The notes under the pieces were generated by a model. That model was not told the origin of the DNA and searched no databases. It saw only the letters and a program-made list of their open reading frames with translations. A program made the translations under genes and the position numbers. This document shows, in pieces, positions 1 through 12,808 of a DNA stretch of 64,000 bases (the stretch's first letter is position 1; each line of letters begins with the position of its first letter). The stretch spans positions 62,001 to 126,000 of the forward strand of contig NOWV01000113.1 in NCBI GenBank assembly GCA_003344405.1. The letters are read 5' to 3'. This DNA comes from Trichoplax sp. H2. Its lineage: Eukaryota.

Positions 1-109
1 AGGATATCCTGTAGCCTAATTCATTTAGCTATATATATATCTAATTGATTAAGATCATTCTTTGTGAATTCTATATCGTGACTGGATATCCGTATTTTTA
101 ATACGATAG

Positions 110-2136
110 CTCCAACCAGCTGGTGTATATCACACAACTTCAGCGGATAACCGGAATCTAGAAGGCTATACAAGAATTGCTAAAATGTAAGTTTAGGGTA
201 AATTTCCTACATTCGTACTTTAGAAGACGACATATTTATTGTAAGACTGGAACTTTTCCTATATCTTGTCGTTTTTCATACATGTACGGTAATTTCATAA
301 AATTTCATGCTTATTATATCTATCTGTCGATTTTGTTATGGCCAGAAATATTACGAGAATAAGTTAGATAGGCCATGTATAAATTTCTGTGGTATTTATA
401 GGTAGTGACTAAATTAGATAAAGTGTAATTCATTTACTGAAATATATATACTCTGATGAAAAATTTATACTATCATGACAAGGGCTTTTATTTTGGACGA
501 AGAAAGTGCTGTCGCATCTGCAATTACTCAACGTTTGCAAGATGTAACAGGACTAAATATGAACTTTTCCGAACCATTGCAAGTAAGAGAATATAATGCT
601 GAAATTGTAATAGATTTTAAATGTTTCTAATATCAAGAATGAAATCAAAATAAATTAGGTTATTAATTATGGAATAGCTGGCCAATATACACCTCACTAT
701 GATACCTTTCCAGCTAAGGTATACATGTTTCACCCTTATAATAAAACTACAATAATTTCATAATCATGGCCTTTTATCTTCAAGATATGAATGTAAAACC
801 TGTTAATATGAGTACGACTTAAAATTCTGAGTATATTTATGAGTTTACTGCTTATCAAAGATTCTTAGAAGAGTAGAAAAAAGGTGTAACATGCGGATAA
901 TCATCTAAAAATAGATAACATTTAGGAGTAACCTGAATAGTATTCGCCATTCATTTATGACTGCTTACGCATTCGAGGTCGATAAATAGTATCTATATAT
1001 ATTTTTAAGAATTTTTACACTTTGAAGGCTATTTAGCGATAGGCTATCTGTTGGATTTTTTGCCTTTGTTACAGTAGTAGTAAATCGATCTTCTTGTTAT
1101 CATTTCTCAGTCTGGCGATAGATCGCACCCTAGCCATGATCGATTAGCAACGGCGATCCTTTATGTAAGTTCATCACCCAAAGAAACAAATGCATGCTCT
1201 TACAATGTTTCATTAGCATATTGATACGGATAAAATGTTCAAATGCAATGATATTTAACTGTTTTGTATTAAATTGTCTTTAGCTAAGCGACGTGGAACG
1301 TGGCGGAGCCACTGTATTTACTAATATTAACGTTAGAGTACTGCCACGCAAGGTTAAAATAAACTCTAAAGTTACAAAAATTATATGCAAATTTTAAAGA
1401 TTAGAATGATTGTCATAAAATCTGTTTATAAATATTTAGCTAATTCGGTAGCGGATGGATATAAATTGATAAGATTTGTTATCCTTCTTTAAACTTCAAA
1501 TGTTACTCTAACAGTCGGTTCTTCGTATATTAGAATAATCTCTCATTTAGAGTGATACATTCCGACTAATCCTTGGCTTGTAATTTTAATTCTTTATGCA
1601 GTATATCTATATTAATTTATTAATGATCATGTTACTTTAGGGTAATGTCATCATATGGTATAATTATTTGCCAGATGGAAATTTACATCCTGGAACTCTT
1701 CATGCTGGTTGCCCTGTATTAGTCGGGTCGAAATGGAGTGAGTTATGAATAAATAAGCTGTTCTGTTATCAGTAATGTAGATTTTCTGTTTGATATCCTA
1801 CTCGATCTTGTTTACTGTAATATAGTATTCATTACAGCTTAGTAAGTCGACCATGCTATATTAAATACGAAGTGTCTACGATTATTTAGCAAGAGTCTGA
1901 CTCTTAGCTACAAACCTGAGCCTGGAAAATGATTACGTTTCTAATATGATACTTTCACTAAATTAGTATTTACGAGTATAATTTTTGCGTTTGACAAATG
2001 ATGAAAAAGAATAAATTTATTTTTCGATAGCTATCACTGAATTATCGATTAAGTTTAAGTTATATCACTTGCAGTTGCCAATAAGTGGATCCAAAGTAAA
2101 GGTCAGATGCTGCAGTCGCCTCGTAATGGTGGTTAA
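110..2136 (+). CDS. Prolyl 4-hydroxylase alpha subunit, 3' exons only (5' end lies outside the window). Exons ~110-186, 483-582, 659-718, 1111-1164, 1284-1352, 1641-1737, 2075-2136
   Basis: Hand-spliced GT-AG exons give ...EPLQVINYGIAGQYTPHYD...DRLATAILYLSDVERGGATVF...GTLHAGCPVLVGSKWIANKWI. These carry the HxD...H iron ligands and the 2-oxoglutarate-binding Lys typical of collagen P4HA. Confidence 0.9.
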
Positions 2137-3090
2137 AGATGTGTTTTACTTTCTTTAAAGAACGACAGCCAATAATGTTGCGGTAAACCTTTCAAGCAAA
2201 TATTACCTAATCTGTAAAGATTCTCTGATAAGATACTGCACGCATGAATAACTAGAATATTAAATAAAATTTAAAGAAGGCCGCTAGTTCTGAGCTTATT
2301 AGCTAGCATTTCATTGTAAGAGTGCTATCGATTGGTTATTAAAATTGCTTGATATCAACTCGCAATACGGTAGCAATAAATGATTATGGAAATAAGACTC
2401 ACAAGCGACGGAATTGTCCTTTAATAAAATTTCCAAAAAGTTCAACTTGCATTCGAACTGCAATATTATAGTACCTACTGTGTGTAGTATAATAAATGAA
2501 CACTACTGCAATGATGTGTCCATACTGATTAATTATTTTTTATTGGCATATTTATACTACTTACATAATGTATTAATAATTTGCTAGTTAGCAAATTTTA
2601 GCCAGAATATACTAGCAGAGATTTAATAGATATTAATAAGTAGATGAAAAATTACGATACTTCATTTTGAATATAGATATAATAGCCCCAAAGTATAAAA
2701 ATAGAAACAATTTACAGTGCGTTGATGCTATCTCAGTTAATATTCTGAAATGTAGTTCAACTGTGGCAATTACACATCGGGTAAAAGCATCGAACAGCGA
2801 GGAGTATAGTATATTACGATGATACTTTCGTGCTCAAAGAACTCTTCGATAAAATTTCATTTTGAATAACAAAGCATTACAATCTTCACCATATGGATTA
2901 TTACATACAGCAAATATCATCTGATCTGAATTATTACCATAATATTTAACAAAATTATAAATTTTAAATACATTAAATTAAAGCTTTACGTAGTAGTTTC
3001 TTAATAATATTCACAATCATAAAGAAATTCCTAATATTCTACTACAAGGTAAGTAAAATTTACAATAAAATGAATTTAGGCAACATATTC

Positions 3091-6000
3091 TTAATGAATC
3101 GTTACAAATACTCTCTTATAATATAAATAAAATGCAATTAAAAGCCATAATGAAGTAGCCATTAAATCTCGAAAGAGTTGTTCAGAATGAGTATTATTTG
3201 TTAGCCAATAGAAAGGAAAGTAATTACGCAGAACAATATGACCACAGTAGAGGACAATCGAATTAAATCCTAGATAAACCATTAATAAAGAGGAAAAAGC
3301 TTAAAATTACTTCTAAAAACTTTCAGAGTGCGATTACTGAATCATAGTTTTTGCTTGCAAATCTTTCTAACCTCCATAAATGATTGGATTTCCATGCCAC
3401 CAAGACATGACATCAATCAGAAGATATAACATCATGAGAACAAAGTATGCTAATCCACTAAGTAACGTGATATAGGATAACGACCTAAATTTTAAGCATA
3501 TGAATAGTACTTAGTACTACATAAAGCTCTGCATCACAACTGTAGAATAATATAGAGTTATTTATTCATGATTTTAAATATCGCTACTGCTGATTTGAAA
3601 TATCTTACCATAAGTTCCGATTAAGCGGAATAAATCCCATATTTTGTTTCCCTCCGCAAAGAGCAACACCTGTGGCTACCTGGATGGATTTGTACAGAAA
3701 TTAAATGCATAATTAAAAGATAAACCGGAAGTAAAATGAGATATTGCTTTTAATAACTATTAAATCTAAGATTTAATAATCAAATGCTGTACCCATAACA
3801 CGCCCCAAAATAGCCATCTCTTAAATCGTTCTTTATGACCTTTGTTGTATGTGGTTATGATTAAGCCGGCCTATTTTGTTGATAAAATAGGATAATAGTG
3901 CGGTACAAAGAAAGTATATTATGTTATCCATTTTACAGCTTTTATTAAATGAACACAGTATACTGTAAATATAAGGATCGAAAACGAACAATAATGCGAA
4001 CCTGAAGACCCATAAAGCAAGTTAAAATTGACGTTAGTGTACTCAGACATCCTTCTGAATCAAACGGCATGTGCGTTCGATAAAGGACCTTGCATGATGG
4101 ATTTGCGTCTAGGTGGTTACCAAATATAAAACGATCAATGTAACCTGTCGCACCACCAGTACAATTATAGTGATTGGCGTCATCAGAAAGTCCACCGGGT
4201 CCAAAGTATCCGCTTTAGTAATACGAGTATATGAATTTTTAGCATCAGAATATTAATAATTCGTTAAACTACGCAACACATCATATGAAAAGTTGATAAA
4301 TTAATTAGCATGAAATCCGTTAAAGAATCTCTATAAATTAACAATCAATCTAGTTAGCCACGTACGTCGGGCAACCTGGAACAGGGAGAGCAAAAATTAA
4401 TGATAAATAAATAGATAATAGTCCAATCATGCCAATCCAGATTTTCCATATACAAACTATCTCTCGAATGGCTCGTAAATTCTAAAAATTACCAAATATT
4501 AACATATATTAATAAAATAGTAACAAATCTTTGTTAAAGATAATATTATGATCGTTTTATACTTACAGTTATGGTATCGGGAGGCTTAGCCAAATAGAGA
4601 ACTGATAGAGACACTACTATGTAAGAAATAGCAACTTTTTGTAAATTACCAGGGATTCTCCACGTAGATAGATTTACGCCGTCGTTCAAAAATAATCCAA
4701 TAAGGAATAAAATAACCGATCTACTGAGAACTTTAAGTACTGCAGATGAAGGAGGCAATCTACTGGCTGTAATATAGCGATGATTATAGAAGGATAAGGC
4801 AATACAAATACCAACAATGAATATAAACCAAGGCAAAATAAGATCAGCAAATGTTAAGCCATTCCAAGGAGTAGATCTAAAATACCAGTAACCTCCACCA
4901 CCAGAATTAACGAAAATCATAATTGTAATACAAAGTCTTCAGAGAGAAATGATTTTAATGATTAGACGTCCAACAAAATTAAAAAAATCTAGAGATTTTC
5001 TTTACTAATTTATTTACCCCCTAAAAGCATCGACGGCATAAATTCTTTGAGCCAGAGGGTGAATGGATTCTTCGCTAACGCGTGCTAATCTTCTGTCTAT
5101 GTCATTAATATTCCCTAAATCTTCTGTAATTAAGCTCTCCGTTGAATGGTAAGCTGAACAACTACGATTTCTATGAAATTCATATGAAGACGTAATGTTA
5201 GAATACTTTTATTGCTTTTAATCGATGTTGTCATTGCTTGAGATGAAACCGCTATGTTTTATTTCGATATTTATTGTACTACTTTAATAGGTAACAGTAT
5301 GCAAACTACAATTCGACACATTAAACCGTACATAATTGTATTTTAAGTTATACCTATAGAGATAGTATATTAATTGCCAGAGTAATAAAGCAACGGCTAG
5401 AATAACTGCTCCAATGATAATTGGAAGCTGAGAGTAGTAAGAATCATGAATAGAATAGATGTTACATGAGCTGTTTCCGTTAGATCCATTTTGAAATATC
5501 ACCATCACGTAAAGTCCATTTTTAACGTACTGGAATTGCTTACTAAGAATGAAAGAAAAAAGGAGAGTCTAAGGTGATGGGGCACTTCTTTTCGACGATT
5601 AAACGATAAATTTCTTTGTAATTGCATCCTTTTCAATTAAAGTCTATTCACCATACTCTTTACCATTACTTAGCAATATGCAATCGGTTACAAAATATTT
5701 GATATTAAATTTGAAAAGAGTTGTCATTTATACTGTGGCACTACAGTACAGTATAATTAATTACTTTCTTCAATACACCACTACAGACAGTAACGAATAA
5801 CATAGTATAACGTACATACCTGCAAATTACACTTTTATCCGTGGTATTGATGGCGGTTATCAAATAAGGAAAGTTAGTATCAATATAAACTGTCGTATTA
5901 TGTTTATATTGAAGATTGGCGATGTTTTCTTCTTTACAGTTATAACATTCCGCCGATTTACCATATAAAGCAACTTTACTGGGTAAGGTAGAATGGAGTG

Positions 6001-8257
6001 AAACATGTGCAAAATCAATAGAATCATTATAGCTCATTCCAAATCGTGATTGGAATGGAAAACTGTTCATCATTGACCAGAGGTCAGTTGTAAAAATAGC
6101 AATTTGTGGATTATCAGCATCGCCATAGACCAGAATTAATGACTTTGTGCGAAAGGAAAGGCCTATTATGCCAGTGCTTGCTCCATTTTCAAGATTGATG
6201 GTTACATTCCAAACCATATCACCTAATTGAAGAACAAAAATTGAAACGGTTGAGACATTTAAAATTGCTAGTAACATATAAGCTGACAGCAGGTTCAATA
6301 TTGCTAATAGTAAATGAGTCACTACAATTTATGTTATCAGTTTTTTTAAGTTACAATAGAGATTGATCCATATCTACAGTTGTGACTTTATTACATCATA
6401 ATGGAAGCAATTATTGTATTGATTAATTATATTATTATGGCTTATAACTTAATAGGTCAATACGAGTAGATACTATAGTATATCCTTTTCAATCAGATAG
6501 CAGGATAAGGTTTGTTATTGTATTTTATGCTTAAAGATACTGGAGTACATTTTATGTGAGAGTATTGTAAGTTAGCCATAATAGCTGAATAATAGGTAAG
6601 AAAGGTTGATAGAGCAACCAAAAGTAGCGTTTGCACTTGCTAGCAGTCCATCCGAAACTAATTAATTAATTGATCAATTCATTAATTGAAATTGCTACCT
6701 TTTGCATATACATTTTAATGGTAGATAAAATTTATTTACACCTGTATTACTATAAATTAACGTAACTGCTATACTAGATCGGTAACAAGTGCATAAACTA
6801 GTAGAAAGCCTATTAAAAAAAGTTTCAATTCAGTAGTTTATGACCATAAGTTTTAATTTGTCTGATGAACGAGTACATTACATTACATTATATAATAGTG
6901 TTAATTTTCTCTATAATCAAACACCAGTTGAATATATAATTATTGAGTGGTAAACGCTTGATAGATATACAGTACAGAGTACAATACCATTTTTGGATAT
7001 TTGATAATACTATTTTGATATTTTAAAAATTTTTTCTATCTTATTTGCTATGTTATGACTGTGTTTTGCGGTCGAAAAATGAATCATACTTAAGCATTTT
7101 ATTATCGTTGGCATCCGGCAGTCGATGCTACTGGCTATAAATTTACAAATATGTCAAAGGATTCGACCGTAAATCTCTATAACAATGATCTATACTCCTC
7201 GCAAAATGATGATGCTATTATGGTAGAACTTGATAACATTGTGACCTATCTGTACTCTACTTTAACCAACGGAATTGTGATATAGTGTACGTGTGTGATG
7301 ATATCTGGAGTAGCTAGCATAGACTACATACGCGTATAGTACATTAGTAATGGAAAAGATCTAGGGTAATCAATCATGTGTTGGCAGCTTTGAAATGTCT
7401 AGAGATGATAATTAAGTAAACATTGCTTTAGTCCAAATCTTTTGTCAATCATTACCTGGAATAATCCAGTCATCAACCCCATCTCCAGGATTTACATGGC
7501 CTTTTTTGAAGCAATGATTGCTTTGGAAAGATGTATTGAAACCAATTTGAGGGTATAAATAATTTCCAATTTCGATATTGATGTCGGGCGATGTACACTT
7601 GACATTATCATCCACTGTTGAAGTTGTTTATATACGCGTAATACGTGTATTTTAGTTTAGTTTATAAGGAATAGAAAAGAAGATTTGAATTATTATTTTA
7701 AAGCAAGAAAGAATACTAATACTAATTTTGAAGTCATTTTGAGAAAGAATTCGTACTATGACAACGGCCATTACTGCTAAAATAAACGGATAGTTTAAAC
7801 TTGAAATTTTTCTTCACTACAACTACGGTCAAGTGTGCCTAATGCGTAGAGCCTTAGCTGAACTGATTGCATAGTTCAATACAGTAAACATGACCTAATG
7901 GAGTACAAAAGAAAAAGTGTAAAATCAAGTTTCAACTGGGAAATACTTTATTTTCTAGCAATCGATCCTCTATGTATTACTGCTTTTCCTTTGTAAACTG
8001 ATGATATTGTAGATTTTAACTTACTAAAGTACATATAATATGATTGAATGACAGTGACAGAGGAAAATTCTTCCGGCATCGTAGTCCGTTTGACTCTATT
8101 CGCCCTTCTCACGTCATGCAGTCGAAGCTCATTTCATGACGGTCAATAGTACTTCAAAGTTAGACTTACCATTAGAATTTTGCGGATGGAGAAGTTGCTG
8201 GCAATAGCAAGAAAGGATACAGTGAAGAATGAAGAAAACGACGTCCGTTTTCAACAT
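3091..8257 (-). CDS. HGSNAT: Heparan-alpha-glucosaminide N-acetyltransferase (HGSNAT/TMEM76) family, multi-exon. The 5' exons (8257-8170, possibly ~7776-7724, 7614-7456) joining the exon at 6222 are inferred
   Basis: Family motifs: ECYNC lumenal domain, DAFRG, MIFVN.GGG.YWYF...WNGLTFADLILPWF, WRIPG.LQ, FDSEGCLSTL, IPLNRNLWSLS, GFNSIVLYCGH. The putative first exon MLKTDVVFFILHCILSCYCQ is signal-peptide-like and ends at G|GTAAGT. Downstream exon phases are compatible. Confidence 0.85.
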
Positions 8258-8379
8258 ATCGAAGACATTGGTCGATTTGAAAACAGTCCAAGTTGGATGC
8301 AAAAGTATGAGTATGAGGAATGTGGGCCAGTCCTGTCGTCGTTTTCAAAACAAAAACAAACTTTTTGAAAATGGAGTTT

Positions 8380-8760
8380 GTACTGTACACGCCGCTGTAC
8401 TGTAGTACAGTACATTGTGCCACCACAGACTATCATGGACTACTATAGGATAAGTACAGTACTAACGTGGCCACACTAGGGTCTCCAGTTGTTGCTGACT
8501 GAACGGTAGACGGTTCAAAGTCTATAGGCCGTGTTGCCGGTGTTATACACCTCTAGTCTAGGAACACTGTACTGTACAGTACATGTATATAAAGTAAAGT
8601 ATACAGTACAGTACAGTAACTACGCAGCTGCAATGAAAAATATGCATAAATTACAGTACCGTACTGTACTGTACTGTACTGTACAGTACTGTACTGTACA
8701 CTGCACAGCAGTTGACGGATTCTCCATACTGTACACTGTACACTGTACAATTGGGTACTC
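8380..8760. promoter_or_regulatory. Probable bidirectional promoter rich in TACTG/CAGTA pentamer runs
   Basis: Lies between the divergent start codons at 8257 (-) and 8878 (+). Dense TACTG/CAGTA runs, e.g. 8661-8700. Confidence 0.55.
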
Positions 8761-8877
8761 AGATCAAATATTCCCAAATGGTTTACCTTCACATCCAGTT
8801 GTCCTTGCTTTTGCCTATTACCATGGAATCTGCAACTTGATCTTAGGTAGAATATTCCAAGACTGCGTAACGATATC

Positions 8878-11800
8878 ATGGCTTCAGCCAGTAGGAAAAG
8901 AAGTTGGAAAAATGCCAATGTACAGGCTGGTGATTACTGGAAAAAGAGCAAGCGAATGGCCGCTTTGGAACCGAACCATCCTTCTGTCAGTTCCTATATG
9001 TACTTTGGTGTCAATACAATATTTCGCCAAGTATGGCAGGAGATACTGCAGACCAATTTAACATTCGGTTAGCGCTACGCCTGTACTTCCACTTGTTAAT
9101 AGTCCACTACAGTAGATGATATAATACAACTGTTTCAAGTATTTCTAGTCAAATGCTAGCGGAAAATGGCAAATTTTACGCTCAAGTGTACTGCATAGTA
9201 GTCATCATCCATGATATCAATATAGTACATTGCTATCATCAAGTAAATAAAATCGAGGATAAAGCTCAATGATATCGATCAATACAACGTGTATGGGTAC
9301 CATTATCCTGTATACTATGCTATCAATGTTTTTCAATAAATGATAAAATACTTAGCGTGGTCACTTTGCAACATGGACATAAAACAAAACTCACCTTCTT
9401 ATTGATGATGTTAGATAATATGAAATCCATCGCCCGAAAACATCTCCATTATTTAGCTACTGCAATCTTGCATTGTCTACTTGCACACCGTTTAACTTTG
9501 GCCAAAGATATGATTAGTGTATTATGCAAAAAATTCGACACGGTTCCTGAATTAGTGTGGAAGGTAAGTTTCGTGCTACTTGTAACCATCAATTTTTACG
9601 CATCACTTCTCATGAATTATTATACAATAAATCATGAATTATTCCAAGACATGCTCGATATGATGCAGTCTTTCTTACAAGAATTAAACAGTATTCTAAA
9701 ATGATATCAAATTATATTCTAATTTTATACTCGAAATAAAGTGTCGCGCTACGATAAATCTCGATGACCTGCAGTATTTTAGATATCAGATATACATGCA
9801 TCTGCTTGTTGCACATATTAAATTTTCTCATGATGGAATTAAAACTATGCAACTGTAAATACTGTACTGTAAAGTAAATGGTGAAGGACAATGTATGCAA
9901 AGTCTAATATATCAAATCTGAACTATAGTACTTATGTAGTGATAGAGCTCATACTGCATATAGCTGAAAAGATGAGTGAAAGAATGAGAAAGCATACGTG
10001 TGCAATAATTAGAATTATCCAATGGAAGGCCTCCATGATTGCCTTTTACAGTGCTACATTCCTTAAAGACTGCTAGGATACCTTGATTTGCTTATTAATC
10101 TGCAATTTTACCTATGCAATCTGTATTACTTCCATAATCAGAATTATTTTATATTTCTATAGACAGGAATGGAAGTCTTGGATGATAATAATCCTTATTA
10201 TGCAATGCGCTGTACAAGATTTCATAAAGCCGTTGGTGACCTTCTTCAGTACTACTTTGTAAGATTTGGACACAACTTCGCGTTTACATGTAAACTATTC
10301 TCTGACTCAATAATGTAGACAGGATTGATTGCGTTACAGTAAGACATAGCCATCAAGTTATGTACGACCTTACTCAGAAAACTTGGCTGCCAATGTTTCA
10401 ATACGTACCTCAATCAAATGTTGATGTTATCTATTAAACATTCAGTTCGATTGTAGGCATACGAGTAAACCTCATGCTTAGCTGCTCTACTATATAACGT
10501 ACACGTACACGGCAGATTGCTGATTGCTAGTTTTACTAGTGCTTCTATTTTGTATGATTGTGTAATGCAATCAGGTCTGCTCAGTGCTCACCAGAGTGCT
10601 GCTCACTGCCTGGCTTGTTAATCTATGAGCTAGCTCAGCTTAGTCAGACGGTGAACAAAAAATAATAATATTCCATGAGTAGGATATTTAGTAATTTAGG
10701 CTTAGCATTGGTGGCTTTCTACAATTTATTAAGACTTAGTAAAATATATTTTATCGCTTACATAGTATGATATTGTAACAAATTTGCCATTAACATTGGT
10801 ATTGGCAACTCTATTTCATCAAGTCTTACTAAAACTTTCTTTCTTTACTATACGATTGCAAAATAGCCAAGCGAATTGGTCATAGACTCTGTGTCCTACT
10901 ATGTTAGGAAGCAGCGTTTGAATGAAGCTGAAAGCTTGATTATCAGGTCGCTTACATGTATCCGATTTGTCTCGATTTTGTATTAGATCAACCTTAGAAG
11001 TTTAAATAATACACATTACATCATGATGTGCCTATTTGCAGTTTGATAAAATCATGTAATAGTACAATGGTTCTAGTTAATCATCAAAAGTTTCTAACTG
11101 GTTGTTAATACGCCATTTTACTCCATGAATCCGTTTAATTCAGTAAAGTAAACGTAAGTCCGTATATGAAGGAACCCTTACTTCTGGCCCAGGCTGGCTA
11201 CTTTCAGTACATTCAATGGAAGAAACAAGTAGCAAATCAAAGTAAAATACAGCTACATTACAATAAAAGGATACAATAACATCGCTTGATACGTATATGT
11301 TATTATCGCTGCTCCAATGGTTAATTATTTCATTATGAATCGAGATTGACTGTCTTTTTTTAATAGATAATGATGAGGTAGATAATTCAGATTCAGATGA
11401 AACTAGGGATTTAACCCACGAAGCTAGAATTGCTATCGACCATTTAAAAGGTTTGGTCGAGACCGAAGGTGTATGGGATGTGCATATTGCGATCTGCGCG
11501 GAGGTTACTACGCTTTACTAATCCTATTTGAAACAGTACTGTTTAACCCGTTACATCTAGTGTATCCTCATTGTTACTTATGTTTAGTAATTAATTATTG
11601 TGACAGCTTTTAGCATACTTTAATGACAAAAAATCTGCTAAGAAGTTACTAAAGAAATATCTTCAATGTCAACCAACTAATACTAATGCCTACAGGTTTC
11701 ATAAATTACTATAATCTTAAAGCCATTGAATCTTTAGCAGCTTTGCTACTAAAGGCAATAACTTCATATAACATATATCTGCTACTGTTTAGATATTTGT

Positions 11801-12808
11801 ATTACTTTCGAAAACGATATTACCCCAAAGAAGTCGTTAAAATTAGAAAAGTTCTCGCCGAATTAGCTAAATTTAACCCCTGCGATATCATGTGCTTGGA
11901 TATTATCAACTATTCTAATTTTAAAGGTAGGGCTGACTGATTAAATTTTAATGTGATAAAAATAAAATTTCTTATCATCTTAGAATACTTGATAAAAAAG
12001 AGGTTTTTATTTTTATCACTCTAAGTTAAATCAAGCATCAAGGAAACATTATCAATCCTATTCGATCATCTGGATTACCATTCGTGCGCGTTGAATATTC
12101 AGCCTTGGAAGCTGTTAACTACATTTCTCACTAAAGTTGATCTCAGGTAAAATTTAATATTTTTGTATCCTCTATTTGCTTAAATAATTAAATAATCCTC
12201 AAATGGCTAGCTATCGGTTATTATGATGTATAGATTCATAATAGTTTATCTAAATAGTAGGTGTGATGAATGTTTGAATTTAATCTGGGAGGAAAGAAAG
12301 CTGTGGTGGCCAGAGTATCATTTTTCTGAAGATAGCTTAGACAAGGTATTGCAGGAAATTATTTGTATCTCAAGGATTTGAAATATAAAATAAGTTCGTT
12401 CTAATTGTCATTTAAATTTTAGATTGCTACACCGAGTAAAGATCCGGCGAAAGGTATACTTATACTATAATAAAATACTGTAGAACGATAAAGATATTCT
12501 CGATGAATTGTAATAACTTACCGAACACTGAGTGGCAAAAGTAGTCATGACTATGATGTTGCAGATGTAATAATTGTCTACGGTAATGTAAAAAACTTAA
12601 TTGAGAGATAACTCTTACTGGTGGACTATTTTTTGTAGAGGAGACAAACTTTCATGTTATTGCTTATAAAGCTGCCGTTGCCATCTGGATTCTTGGGTCA
12701 GATAATAAATATACTGCTCGCGTCTATTCAATTATGAAATTACGGAACCTTAAAGAACTATCTTGCATGCTAGAAAAGTGTTTAGTATTGCACAGGGAGG
12801 ATAACTAA
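8878..12808 (+). CDS. TAF1A: TAF1A-like (RNA polymerase I SL1 subunit TAFI48), multi-exon
   Basis: Spliced exons give MASASRKRSW..., TEGVWDVHI, EERKLWWPEYHF and YKAAVAIWILG. These resemble the TAF1A motifs GVWDPFV, WWP.FHF and KAFVAGLLLG as I recall them. Stop TAA at 12806-12808. Confidence 0.65.

Noticed and set aside
8180-9061. ORFs 8180-8368 (+), 8531-9061 (+), 8553-8918 (-), 8172-8426 (-)
   Set aside because: They are antisense to the HGSNAT first exon or are translations of TACTG pentamer runs (YSTVQ/CTVL). No protein motifs.
10259-10660. Telomerase RNA interpretation of the TAF1A intron structure
   Set aside because: No CTAACCCT-type template, no U-rich triple-helix loop and no H box.
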